A stretch of DNA of 64,000 bases, from NCBI RefSeq assembly GCF_006345805.1, contig NC_043001.1, positions 57,350,001-57,414,000 of the forward strand, read 5' to 3'. Shown piece by piece: positions 28,667 through 42,400 of this stretch. Every line of letters starts with the position of its first letter. Positions within the stretch are counted from its first letter, which is position 1. Both the position numbers and the translations under genes were made by a program. The notes under the pieces are model-generated. The model ran no database searches. It worked only from the letters and a program-made list of their open reading frames with translations, and had not been told where the DNA came from. The DNA comes from Octopus sinensis. Taxonomy: Eukaryota.

Positions 28667-28832
28667 TACAGGGTAAATGTTTTTTTAATTTTCTCCTGTT
28701 TACGGAATTAATCTTTATTTGCGGTATAGAAGCTTTGGCTGTTATTTCTAGTGGGTGAATGCCTATTATGGCCGTTCCTTAATTGTTAATATATATTATA
28801 TATACATAATATATATACATATATATATATAC

Positions 28833-28904
<72 letters not shown>

Positions 28905-28915
28905 TTATACACACG

Positions 28916-28952
<37 letters not shown>

Positions 28953-29829
28953 ATACATACATATGTAATGTATATAATTCATAAAATTTAAGAACATGGA
29001 ATCTTGAAGCGCGACGAAAATCTCTATGAAATAGCATGTAGTTATTGAGTTGAAAACTAATTGTTTAGATACAAATGTCTGAGGTAGTCCATGAGACTGA
29101 AACCACATTTCCAGTAAATATGACATATATCCCGCAATTTTGTTAGGGATATAATTTGTCAGTATCTAAAATGTAAACGATAGTGACTATCTAGCTATAG
29201 CACTGGTGAGCAACATTGTTGTTGCCAAACTTATTGGAATGATTTTAAAGAAATGTTGTGTGTCTAGGTCTGAATTCGTTTGATAAACTCAAAATTTAAA
29301 CATCTAGTCCACACTGTAAAATGGTTGGCATTTGAAAGGGCATCCAGCTGTAAAAACCATGTCAAAACTAACGTTGCTTGAGCTAGTGCCATGTAAAAAG
29401 CCCTGAGTCCACTCAGCAGAGTGGTTGGTGTTAGGAAAGGCACCCAGCTGTAAAACACATGCCAAAACAGATACAGTAGCTGCTTTTAAGCCCCACTGCT
29501 TTTATGACATTGTAGTTGCTTAACTGATTTATTTTTTGAGCATTAGTTAGCGTGATATATTTCATATTTAATGCTAGATTTATTATACAACAGAAACGTA
29601 TATTCACATGAATGGTCAAGAAAACGTATCATTGTCTATCAACGCAAAGTTTGAAAATAGAAACATTCAAATATTTGATAGTATCTCATGCAATAATAGT
29701 GTAAAACGCAATAGACTAATTTTAGCTAATTAAGTATAGCGAAATATATTAATCCTTCAATAAAATCTGTCTGTATATTTTTTGTGAGTCGTTTAGCAAG
29801 ATTATCTTGCTAAATGTTCCAGTAGTAGT

Positions 29830-30720
29830 ATACACTGGAAGACATGTGCAATCTGCCATGTTACTTTTCCATAATCAGCTTTATAACCTCACTGAAATTG
29901 CCATTATCCTCTAGAAACGTGTTCAATTCGCTATGGTCATATTGATAATCCTATTTTTAAAATCAGACACTATCCTTTGCACCAATTCTTCGTAACAGCC
30001 TGTTTTCCATAGATGAGCGATAAAAACGCCAAGCAGAAGTTTCAACATGAATTCATTTATTTCTGAAAAGAATCTATGATATATTTAGGAATATGAGTAA
30101 GAATGAAAATTCCTCTTGAATGTTTCAATGTTAAGCACAGGAACGATCTCAAAATGTACTTGGAGCAATCACCATCTTTTTCCAAAGTCATAATAACTTT
30201 CTTCCACTGTCAAAATTTAATATGGAGTGAGGGGACGGAAAGTCATGTTTTCTCTTTGAATTGACGGTTTGCTGCTATGTTCGCTATTGTTACGTCAGTT
30301 ATGACCTGTGAAGTCCATGTCACTTTATCCATGGTTTTTTGCTTTTGTCTAATGTCCCATAAGCACATGAAGCTAATATATTTCGTGGACCAAATTTACT
30401 ATCCATGAACGAAATTCGCCATCCTTAGATCAATGCATTATAGGCACTCGAGGTTTAATGGTTTTCTCTGTCCATGTAGGCATTACCAAAGTATTCTACA
30501 TAAACTTGCATAAGTTATGGGGACCTGATGATTTATTTTGATCTCCACACTTCCCTCAAAAATAAAACAGTCATATTTTGCTATGACTTCCCATAGTATA
30601 TTCATCTGACATGTAGTCAAATCTATTTGCATTGTTTAAACAAATCCTTCGCGTTAAACTCATTTTTACTTCTTTATCCGCTCCTAAATAATAATCAAAA
30701 TCTAAAATTCAACTATGAAA
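29830..30720 (-). mobile_element. Very decayed DNA-transposase remnant, possibly Chapaev3/CMC-like
   Basis: Minus-strand pieces KCGDQNKSSGPHNLC, LHIK, KDGDCSKYI and YEELVQRIVSDFK resemble motifs recalled for this family (GDQDKSWAPH; PPLHIKLG). No intact ORF. Confidence 0.4.
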
Positions 30721-33700
30721 TACAAGCAATGGCTTGAAAGTAGGATTTGCAATGGACAATGATGATGTAAAAGAGTAAAATATGCGCATGTCAGCAATAT
30801 ATGTTGACAAAACTTAATGATTCAATGGTTCTATAAAATATGCCATTCCCATTTGGGCCTCCATAATTGGCTGAGTTGCCAAGTGTCAAATGTATTGTGA
30901 AATCTTACCTAACCTCTTTCCTACATTTTAATCGAATTTGGCAGGAAATTTTCCTGTATATTATATGGGGGTAACATTATAAGTGGAGAGGAAACCATTT
31001 AAAAAAAACTACTTAAGTTAATCTTGTAAAAGTGATATTATGTTTGAATTCACTACTCACAAATTACATTAAATTCATTCGGATGATGTTAGCAATTACA
31101 TTTCACGTGAGTAGGGATGCAGTACAATGTAAAATCGCAATATCAGATCATACTGTATTTTCTTTCAATCGGGGGATATCATGAAGACCTAGATAAGACA
31201 AAATAATTTGATGTGTCGTAGTTCGAATGCAGATTTGTCCTGAACAAGAACATTACCGGTAAAAACGCAACAGTTACAAAAAAAGGAAAAATAACGTCAC
31301 AAATAACGAATCCTGGGTGCCACGAAAATTATAACCATTCATCGTGAAAATCTGAATAATTTTTGTTTGCTTGCTTGTTTTTGCGAGAGATTCCTGAGTT
31401 GCCAAGAGACAGGTGAAATTGATAAATGCCTCTTGGTTTCGATATGCCATTGCACAATTTATTACCACGATAGCCAGTTTTCGCTCTTTCGATTACTCAT
31501 TGCTTCATCATTAATTAATACTCTTTGCTCGTGTTTGTTTTTCATTTTCGACCTAATCTATTTATTTCGTCGACGCAAAATTTAAATAGAAATGCTTCTT
31601 TGTTGCTACGGGAAACTAGCAATAAGCTAAAATAAAGCTCTGCTATTTCTTTGTTTGATGCCTCTCTCGATATCTTATTGGCTGCATGAGATCTTGTGTT
31701 TAACCATTCACCTGAAAATTTCTCCTGACTAACTGTCCTGGGCTTGTTCGCTTTGCTGTCAACACTAATTCAATAAACAGATGATAAATTGCTCAAAAGC
31801 GTTCTGCCATTACTTCCAGTATAGAAAGCAATGCTGCTTTGGCTGAATTTTAGTAATATGGTTTATTTGCATTGCCAAGAATAAGCAGAAATATATTTAC
31901 ATAAATGCCCATAGTGTATACACACATATTGCATGCATACACATACATACTTTGCATTGGAAGTGTATGCTTGTAAAGAAAAAATGAAATAATTTGAAGA
32001 GACAGTTGTGATAGTGATGATGGTGCTAGCCATCTCACACGAAGGAATTTATAAGATCTGATTGACATACATATTATTCCGGCCTAGTGATAAGTGTTTC
32101 CAATCACGACTTGAAGCTTAAGTCGTAAAATGATGAAAGGATTATTTTGCAATTAAAATAAGCGCTGTGAAAAGACATAAAATAATTCAATAGCATTAGT
32201 AGCTTTGTTATAGCAATCCTAACAAGAATGCGGAAGATCGGAATAATGACCTTAACCGGAAATGAGGAAGTGAGGAGGTGCATATTTTCAATAATCATCA
32301 TGTACCTCATTTTTTACTGAAAGTGGGGACTAGAATTCAGAAAAAGTACACAAATATGATATAAAACAAGTTTTTTTCTTATTCTGAAGTTAAAAAAGAG
32401 ACAGCTGTTCACAGGAATAACATTTTCTTTATAGATAAATCGATTGGATAAAAGTGTGTTTATTTCTTACTTTATAAGGCTTTAACTCTTCATCACGGAA
32501 TTAGAATTGACATAACGCATATTCTAAGACTTACGAGTGGTATAATCAATGAATGCAAGGTAAAACATGACACTGCATTGAAACTCTGGGCAAAGAAAGG
32601 AATTATTCAAGTCAATTTTTTAAAGATACAAAAATCATTCGCTGTGAAGAATTCATGAATAGCATATAAAAAATTCTGCCTAAAATATGATGTATGCAAA
32701 CATGTGTTGCAATGGCAATACTTGAGAAAATGCAGGCCAGAATGCAAGATATATTCCATCACTATTTCATGAATATGCAGCAAGCACGCAAAGACAACTC
32801 AAAAGCAACGGGAGAAATACAAGAAATTAATGAACCCTGACAAGTTAGCAAGAACGTTAACAACTAAACAAAAAAATATTGAACTAAGTATGACATAAAT
32901 ATTCAGCAAGGATGAAAAGAATATATAACAATGGAATGAGAAATATACGCCAAGGATGTGAAGAAACGTCTATATACACATGTATAATACGCCGGTGAAA
33001 ATATTCCTAAAAGCAAGAGAGTAACAAGAAATGCGAAATAGAGTTCATTTCGTTATTTTTATAAGAAAATTGAAAATGAAAAAATTTTCTATTTTTTTAC
33101 TTCCACCTCACACAACTATGAGACAAATTTGAAGATAAATACATTTTCTTAAACTAAATGACGTTTTTATTTTTTATCCAGTCAGATTTAAGAAAGATTA
33201 ACCAAAAGACAATTGATTTTCAAATTTTTAAATTTTTTCTCTTACAAAAAAATAAAACAATCTTATATTTCTGTCTTTGAGCCCACTATAAAGGAATTAA
33301 TGATACGAACATTTTTTTAAAATCTTTCATTAAATGTCTTGAAAGATTTGTTATTGTTAAAGAAGGATGATGTGGAAGGTAAAACGTAGCCACTCCTGTT
33401 TTGTTTTAATTTTTGTTTAGAGTAAAGGGCTTAAGTTCAAACTGGCATTAACCAAATAGAATTAATTTATCTCTGTTGACAGGAGAAGAAGGATGAGAAG
33501 AGGGGAGTTGTTAAGGAATTGAAAGAGATTCCGATATTCCTATAGTTTATTTTTAGGTTTTAGTGGGTTTTCTTTTTGTCATGTCAGTTATTGTAAAGTA
33601 CATGGCAACATCAGTATGAAGGTTGTAGCTTAACATAAGATTAACACGACGAACCAGCCAATCCTTACAATAGATTCTGCAAATGTTAAGGAAATTAAAT

Positions 33701-34659
33701 AAATGTATACAAACAAAACAGATTGATCTATTGTGATTTTTCAAGTGATCTTCTAAAGTGTTGTTTGGTTGTTAAGATACATCAGCCTCTTTTAAATTAC
33801 TTCTAGCTCGCATCCCTGTTTGTTTTGTGTTAATGGATTGTTTAGCAACTTCGTTGTAAGCATTAAGTAATTTGGTTTCTTATGTATGTTTGAGTATATT
33901 TGTATCTATATAAATGCATCTCAGTGTTTTCTTATAAGTGTCTTAGCAGGCCCATTTTAAAAGTATGCATTTTAAAATGAGTGCATATAAACATGCGTTT
34001 ATATAGCAATGCATATTTGCATGTGTGTGTGTGTGTGTGTGTTTATATAATGCATAAGCTTCTCTAGTAGTGATCATCTTCGGTTATAAATCTTGTCTAA
34101 ACTTTTAGCTTTCATTGGTTATTATTTATTCTTCGAATCTAAGGGAGAGTGGAATGTTTAAAGATTAAGTTGTAGAATATTTGGAGTTAGGGTTAAAACA
34201 TTCGTTTAAACACGTCAGAAATATCGACGGAGAGAGTGAGAGAAAATAGAGAGTCAGGGAGAGAGAGAAGGGGGAGAGGGAGGAACGGGAAATATAGAAA
34301 CAACTGAAAACAAGGACTACTGTGGAGAGAAATCTTTAAATCACAACGTAACATTACAAAAGTGAACATAGTCTCAAGGCATGACGTGACTGTGACGAAA
34401 GGACTGCATCTGATGATATGCCTGCCCATTCATGTTTGACATAGATCTTCTGCAGTTTAGGTAATGTCTATGTGTGTGTAAATATATGTATATATGTGTG
34501 TGTGTGTGTGTGTGAGTAAATATTTAAATGAACATTCATATAGATATCATTTTTATCATTATTATCATTAGCAGTAAATATATTAATAATAAACAATAAA
34601 AATAACAATAATACCGTTAAATGGCCAATTAATAAAATTTTATATTTACTAAATAATTA

Positions 34660-35000
34660 GACTAGAGGTACACGAAATACCAGTTTGCTAGAAATAAGAG
34701 TTAAAATCCTCAAATAAGACACCAAACTCACTAAAAAGTCATAAAAGCCCAGCAGAAATCGGGCAAACGAGGAAAGAAAAATTTAACACACGAACCCAGC
34801 TGAAAGCTTCAGAATTAGGTACTTAGATATACCTGTATCATGATTTCGAATTCTGGATTATTCCTCAATTCTTATCAGCAGGTCTTACTTTATACCCAGT
34901 GTCAAAAAGATACACATCTGGCTCTGTCCGTTAAGTGTTCAGCAGGTTCACGCCAAATTGAAATCAATTTCAATGCATAAATTACGATAATTATTTATAT
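34660..35000 (-). mobile_element. Sister-family hammerhead element (Penelope pLTR-like), copy 1
   Basis: Inverted homolog of 35260-35485; carries ctagaaataagagttaaa and a hammerhead fold. Confidence 0.7.
34831..34883 (-). ncRNA. Minimal type I hammerhead with a core mutation (CTGATAA)
   Basis: acctg-CTGATAA-gaatt(14 nt)aattc-GAAA-tcatga-TA|caggt. Confidence 0.7.
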
Positions 35001-35082
35001 TATGAAATGTTATTGATTAGCCACTAATATTATTGCTACCACTAATATAATTGTTATTGTTATTATTACATATTTATATATT

Positions 35083-35230
<148 letters not shown>

Positions 35231-35259
35231 ATCTATATGAAAGTTCATTTGAATATTTA

Positions 35260-35485
35260 CTCACTTATCGTAAATTATGCACTGAAATCGATTTGAATTT
35301 GGCGCGAGCCTGTTCAACACTTGACGACACAGCGAGACGGGTACCTTTTTCACACCGGTTATTTGGTAAGACCTGCCGAGGAGAATTAAGGGATAATCCA
35401 TAATTCGAAATCATGATACAGGTATATATAATTACCTAATTCTACATTGTTCTAGCAATCTGGTACTTCGTGTAACCTCTGTTAT
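35260..35485 (+). mobile_element. Sister-family hammerhead element, copy 2
   Basis: aatttggcgcgag motif, hammerhead fold, 3' end ttctagcaatctggtacttcgtgtaacctct, then (TA)n. Confidence 0.7.
35371..35423 (+). ncRNA. Minimal type I hammerhead with a core mutation (CCGAGGA)
   Basis: acctg-CCGAGGA-gaatt(14 nt)aattc-GAAA-tcatga-TA|caggt. Confidence 0.7.
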
Positions 35486-35507
35486 AATTATTTATTAATT
35501 ATGAAAT

Positions 35508-35541
<34 letters not shown>

Positions 35542-35563
35542 TATATATATATATTATATATAT

Positions 35564-35603
<40 letters not shown>

Positions 35604-35609
<6 letters not shown>

Positions 35610-35747
35610 GTTGCAGCGTGGAAGGTGTTTATAAGCCATTTAAGAAACACCCAAAAACCGTTAGATTCACTTCAACATTTAAATTTAATTTGGCAAAATA
35701 TTTTCGTCGCTTTGAGACCGCGACCTGTTCACTGACAAAATTCGTGC
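35604..35747 (-). repeat. Short TA-abutting segment with a hammerhead-like fold and non-canonical core
   Basis: rc: tttgtca-gtgaacag-gtcgc(ggtctcaaa)gcgac-GAAA-atat-TT-tgccaaa. Confidence 0.4.
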
Positions 35748-36386
35748 ATTTTTTGTCACCAGTCACAAGTCTATCCAAAAAGGGTGAAATGAGTTCGCGA
35801 GAATAGAGAGAAAAGTCAACATGGGATTTGCGGTTGCTTTTGGACCATTCATGAGGCACCCATTTTCCAAGTTTAGGAATTTTTCCAAGTTGTTGAAGAT
35901 GACGATGAAAAGTTGTTTGGTTTGAACTAAGCTTTATTCCCAATTCGTCAACTGATAATGCAGGGTTTTCTTCAAGTATTACCTCAAGGGGCTTATCCTC
36001 AAACTCAACTGAACGTCCTGTTCGATCTTCATCTTTAAGGCTGAAATCTCTACTTCTGAATTTTGCAAACCATCTTCTGCAAGTTCTTTCATTCAAGCAT
36101 TCTTTCCCATAAACTAAATGTATGTTTCGAGTCGCTTCGGCTGCAGAGTTTCCTTCTTTGTACTCATAAAGAATTATGTACCTCAACTGCTCTTTCGATA
36201 CTTCCATGTTTGAAAGGGTTTTAATCAAAGAAATTTTAATTCTATTATTCTGTAAAATAATATTTAATTAGTTTACAAGTACATAAATGCATAAAAATAA
36301 TTTTAATTCCATTATACATACTAAAATACTATAAAATTTCATTCAGTTTTAAAAAAGGCAAAATTGGACAGAACTTATGGGATGAC

Positions 36387-36390
<4 letters not shown>
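35748..36390 (-). mobile_element. Mariner (Mos1-like) element, 5' half, truncated after the first catalytic Asp
   Basis: ATG at 36207: MEVSKEQLRYIILYEYKEGNSAAEATRNI...RRWFAKFR...WVPHEW...LVTGDKK. TIR-like tcaggtcatcccataagttctgtcc next to TA. Confidence 0.9.
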
Positions 36391-36441
<51 letters not shown>

Positions 36442-36446
<5 letters not shown>

Positions 36447-39400
36447 CAATTAAGGAACGGCCATAATAGGCCATTCACCCACTAGAAATAACAGCCAAAG
36501 CTTCTACCGCAAATAAAGATCAACTCCATAAACAGGAGAAAATTAAAAAAACATTTACCCTGTAATTTCTTGTACGGTATACCGTTTCATCCGCTGTTTA
36601 ATGGTATACTAACCTGATTAAATTAAATCAAGCCAATCTTCCATAAGCCCTCGGATTCTTCAGCAAGAAATAGCTCAAGACGGAACAGATATATACACGA
36701 GGCATACCCAATCTTGCCAAGTCAATATCTGACCTAAAATTTTCAAATCGTCGCACTCGCGCCAAATTTATCGGCAGCAAATAAATATCAGCCGTCGATT
36801 CCATTACGGAATTAACCAAAAAATTCATAATTAATCAATATAGGGTGGCAAGGAAAATTTTGTAGAATTTTATTGCCACCAGCGGCCCAGCGGGAAAAAA
36901 ATTAAATAGTCATAGACCATTTTTAAGTTCAACATTAACAATTAGGAACGGCCATAATAGGCCATTCACCCACTAGAAATAACAGCCAAAGCTTCTACCG
37001 CAATAAAGATCAACTCCGTAAACAGGAGAAAATTAAAAAAACATTTACCCTGTAATTTCTTGTACGGTATACCGTTTCATCCGCTGTTTAATGGTATACT
37101 AACCTGATTAAATTAAATCAAGCCAATCTTCCATAAGCCCTCGGATTCTTCAGCAAGAATAGCTCAAGACGGAACAGATATATACACGAGGCATACCCAA
37201 TCTTGCCAAGTCAATATCAGACCTAAAATTTTCAAATCGTCGCACTCGCGCCAAATTTATCGGCAGCAATAAATATCAGCCGTCGATTCCATTACGGAAT
37301 TAACCAAAAAATTCATAATTAATCAATATAGGGTGGCAAGGAAAATTTTGTAGAATTTTATTGCCACCAGCGGCCCAGCGGGAAAAAAATTAATAGTCAT
37401 AGACCATTTTTAAGTTCAACATTAACAATTAAGGAACGGCCATAATAGGCCATTCACCCACTAGAAATAACAGCCAAAGCTTCTACCGCAAATAAGATCA
37501 ACTCCGTAAACAGGAGAAAATTAAAAAAACATTTACCTGTAATTTCTTGTACGGTATACCGTTTCATCCGCTGTTTAATGGTATACTAACCTGATTAAAT
37601 TAAATCAAGCCAATCTTCCATAAGCCCTCGGATTCTTCAGCAAGAAATAGCTCAAGACGGAACAGATATATACACGAGGCATACCCAATCTTGCCAAGTC
37701 AATATCTGACCTAAAATTTTCAAATCGTCGCACTCGCGCCAAATTTATCGGCAGCAAATAAATATCAGCCGTCGATTCCATTACGGAATTAACCAAAAAA
37801 TTCATAATTAATCAATATAGGGTGGCAAGGAAAATTTTGTAGAATTTTATTGCCACCAGCGGCCCAGCGGGAAAAAAATTAAATAGTCATAGACCATTTT
37901 TAAGTTCAACATTAACAATTAAGGAACGGCCATAATAGGCCATTCACCCACTAGAAATAACAGCCAAAGCTTCTACCGCAAATAAAGATCAACTCCGTAA
38001 ACAGGAGAAAATTAAAAAAACATTTACCCTGTAATTTCTTGTACGGTATACCGTTTCATCCGCTGTTTAATGGTAAACTAACCTGATTAAATTAAATCAA
38101 GCCAATCTTCCATAAGCCCTCGGATTCTTCAGCAAGAAATAGCTCAAGACGGAACAGATATATACACGAGGCATACCCAATCTTGCCAAGTCAATATCTG
38201 ACCTAAAATTTTCAAATCGTCGCACTCGCGCCAAATTTATCGGCAGCAAATAAATATCAGCCGTCGATTCCATTACGGAATTAACCAAAAAATTCATAAT
38301 TAATCAATATAGGGTGGCAAGGAAAATTTTGTAGAATTTTATTGCCACCAGCGGCCCAGCGGAAAAAATTAAATAGTCATAGACCATTTTTAAGTTCAAC
38401 ATTAACAATTAAGGAACGGCCATAATAGGCCATTCACCCACTAGAAATAACAGCCAAAGCTTCTACCGCAAATAAAGATCAACTCCGTAAACAGGAGAAA
38501 ATTAAAAAAACATTTACCCTGTAATTTCTTGTACGGTATACCGTTTCATCCGCTGTTTAATGGTATACTAACCTGATTAAATTAAATCAAGCCAATCTTC
38601 CATAAGCCCTCGGATTCTTCAGCAAGAAATAGCTCAAGACGGAACAGATATACACGAGGCATACCCAATCTTGCCAAGTCAATATCTGACCTAAAATTTT
38701 CAAATCGTCGCACTCGCGCCAAATTTATCGGCAGCAAATAAATATCAGCCGTCGATTCCATTACGGAATTAACCAAAAAATTCATAATTAATCAATATAG
38801 GGTGGCAAGGAAAATTTTGTAGAATTTTATTGCCACCAGCGGCCCAGCGGGAAAAAAATTAAATAGTCATAGACCATTTTTAAGTTCAACATTAACAATT
38901 AAGGAACGGCCATAATAGGCCATTCACCCACTAGAAATAACAGCCAAAGCTTCTACCGCAAATAAAGATCAACTCCGTAAACAGGAGAAAATTAAAAAAA
39001 CATTTACCCTGTAATTTCTTGTACGGTATACCGTTTCATCCGCTGTTTAATGGTATACTAACCTGATTAAATTAAATCAAGCCAATCTTCCATAAGCCCT
39101 CGGATTCTTCAGCAAGAAATAGCTCAAGACGGAACAGATATATACACGAGGCATACCCAATCTTGCCAAGTCAATATCTGACCTAAAATTTTCAAATCGT
39201 CGCACTCGCGCCAAATTTATCGGCAGCAAATAAATATCAGCCGTCGATTCCATTACGGAATTAACCAAAAAATTCATAATTAATCAATATAGGGTGGCAA
39301 GGAAAATTTTGTAGAATTTTATTGCCACCAGCGGCCCAGCGGGAAAAAATTAAATAGTCATAGACCATTTTTAAGTTCAACATTAACAATTAAGGAACGG

Positions 39401-42400
39401 CCATAATAGGCCATTCACCCACTAGAAATAACAGCCAAGCTTCTACCGCAAATAAAGATCAACTCCGTAAACAGGAGAAAATTAAAAAAACATTTACCCT
39501 GTAATTTCTTGTACGGTATACCGTTTCATCCGCTGTTTAATGGTATACTAACCTGATTAAATTAAATCAAGCCAATCTTCCATAAGCCTCGGATTCTTCA
39601 GCAAGAAATAGCTCAAGACGGAACAGATATATACACGAGGCATACCCAATCTTGCCAAGTCAATATCTGACCTAAAATTTTCAAATCGTCGCACTCGCGC
39701 CAAATTTATCGGCAGCAAATAAATATCAGCCGTCGATTCGAGGGCTTATGGAAGATTGGCTTGATTTAATTTAATCAGGTTAGTATACCATTAAACAGCG
39801 GATGAAACGGTATACCGTACAAGAAATTACAGGGTAAATGTTTTTTTAATTTTCTCCTGTTTACGGAGTTGATCTTTATTTGCGGTAGAAGCTTTGGCTG
39901 TTATTTCTAGTGGGTGAATGGCCTATTATGGCCGTTCCTTAATTGTTAATGTTGAACTTAAAAATGGTCTATGACTATTTAATTTTTTTCCCGCTGGGCC
40001 GCTGGTGGCAATAAAATTCTACAAATTTTCCTTGCCACCCTATATTGATTAATTATGAATTTTTTGGTTAATTCCGTAATGGAATCGACGGCTGATATTT
40101 ATTTGCTGCCGATAAATTTGGCGCGAGTGCGACGATTTGAAAATTTTAGGTCAGATATTGACTTGGCAAGATTGGGTATGCCGGTGTATATATCTGTTCC
40201 GTCTTGAGCTATTTCTTGCTGAGAATCCGAGGGCTTATGGAAGATTGGCTTGATTTAATTTAATCAGGTTAGTAGTATACATTAAACAGCGGATGAAACG
40301 GTATACCGTACAAGAAATTACAGGGTAATGTTTTTTTAATTTTCTCCTGTTTACGGAGTTGATCTTTATTTGCGGTAGAAGCTTGGCTGTTATTTCTAGT
40401 GGGTGAATGGCCTATTATGGCCGTTCCTTAATTGTTAATGTTGAACTTAAAAATGGTCTATGACTATTAATTTTTTTCCCGCTGGGCCGCTGGTGGCAAT
40501 AAAATTCTACAAATTTTCCTTGCCACCCTATATTGATTAATTATGAATTTTTTGGTTAATTCCGTAATGGAATCGACGGCTGATATTTATTTGCTGCCGA
40601 TAATTTGGCGCGAGTGCGACGATTTGAAAATTTTAGGTCAGATATTGACTTGGCAAGATTGGGTATGCCTCGTGTATATATCTGTTCCGTCTTGAGCTAT
40701 TTCTTGCTGAAGAATCCGGGCTTATGGAAGATTGGCTTGATTTAATTTAATCAGGTTAGTATACCATTAAACAGCGGATGAAACGGTATACCGTACAAGA
40801 AATTACAGGGTAAATGTTTTTTTAATTTTCTCCTGTTTACGGAGTTGATCTTTATTTGCGGTAGAAGCTTTGGCTGTTATTTCTAGTGGGTGAATGGCCT
40901 ATTATGGCCGTTCCTTAATTGTAATGTTGAACTTAAAAATGGTCTATGACTATTTAATTTTTTCCCGCTGGGCCGCTGGTGGCAATAAAATTCTACAAAT
41001 TTTCCTTGCCACCCTATATTGATTAATTATGAATTTTTTGGTTAATTCCGTAATGGAATCGACGGCTGATATTTATTTGCTGCCGATAAATTTGGCGCGA
41101 GTGCGACGATTTGAAAATTTTAGGTCAGATATTGACTTGGCAAGATTGGGTATGCCTCGTGTATATATCTGTTCCGTCTTGAGCTATTCTTGCTGAAGAA
41201 TCCGAGGGCTTATGGAAGATTGGCTTGATTTAATTTAATCAGGTTAGTATACCATTAAACAGCGGATGAAACGGTATACCGTACAAGAAATTACAGGGTA
41301 AATGTTTTTTTAATTTTCTCCTGTTTACGGAGTTGATCTTTATTTGCGGTAGAAGCTTGGCTGTTATTTCTAGTGGGTGAATGGCCTATTATGGCCGTTC
41401 CTTATTGTTATGTTGAACTTAAAAATGGTCTATGACTATTTAATTTTTTTCCCGCTGGGCCGCTGGTGGCAAAAAATTCTACAAAATTTTCCTTGCCACC
41501 CTATATTGATTAATTATGAATTTTTTGGTAATTCCGTAATGGAATCGACGGCTGATATTTATTTGCTGCCGATAAATTTGGCGCGAGTGCGACGATTTGA
41601 AAATTTTAGGTCAGATATTGACTTGGCAAGATTGGGTATGCCTCGTGTATATATCTGTTCCGTCTTGAGCTATTTCTTGCTGAAGATCCGAGGGCTTATG
41701 GAAGATTGGCTTGATTTAATTTAATCAGGTTAGTATACTATTAAACAGCGGATGAAACGGTATACCGTACAAGAAATTACAGGGTAAATGTTTTTTTAAT
41801 TTTCTCCTGTTTACGGAGTTGATCTTTATTTGCGGTAGAAGCTTTGGCTGTTATTTCTAGTGGGTGAATGGCCTATTATGGCCGTTCCTTAATTGTTAAT
41901 GTTGAACTTAAAAATGGTCTATGACTATTTAATTTTTTCCCGCTGGGCCGCTGGTGGCAATAAAATTCTACAAAATTTTCCTTGCCACCCTATATGATTA
42001 ATTATGAATTTTTTGGTTAATTCCGTAATGGAATCGACGGCTGATATTTATTTGCTGCCGATAAATTGGCGCGAGTGCGACGATTTGAAAATTTTAGGTC
42101 AGATATTGACTTGGCAAGATTGAGTATGCCTCGTGTATATATCTGTTCCGTCTTGAGCTATTTCTTGCTGAAGAATCCGAGGGCTTATGGAAGATTGGCT
42201 TGATTTAATTTAATCAGGTTAGTATACCATTAAACAGCGGATGAACGGTATATACCGTACAAGAAATTACAGGGTAAATGTTTTTTTAATTTTCTCCTGT
42301 TACGGAGTTGATCTTTATTGCGGTAGAAGCTTTGGCTGTTATTTCTAGTGGTGAATGGCCTATTATGGCCGTTCCTTAATGTTAATGTTGAACTTAAAAA

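Larger units (their letters stand above)
27731..28790. mobile_element. Hammerhead-bearing element in (TA)n: end-B arm (27731-28136) plus inverted arm (28140-28790) to end A
   Basis: Near-identical to the array unit; orientation switch at 28136/28140. Confidence 0.92.

Noticed and set aside
31270-33000. Microsatellite-free stretch that might hold host exons or old LINE sequence
   Set aside because: No sustained ORF or identifiable motif; cannot be supported without a homology search
36459-36486. Hairpin plus CTAG suggesting Helitron tandem units
   Set aside because: CTAG is followed by A rather than T/TC, and the real element termini lie elsewhere
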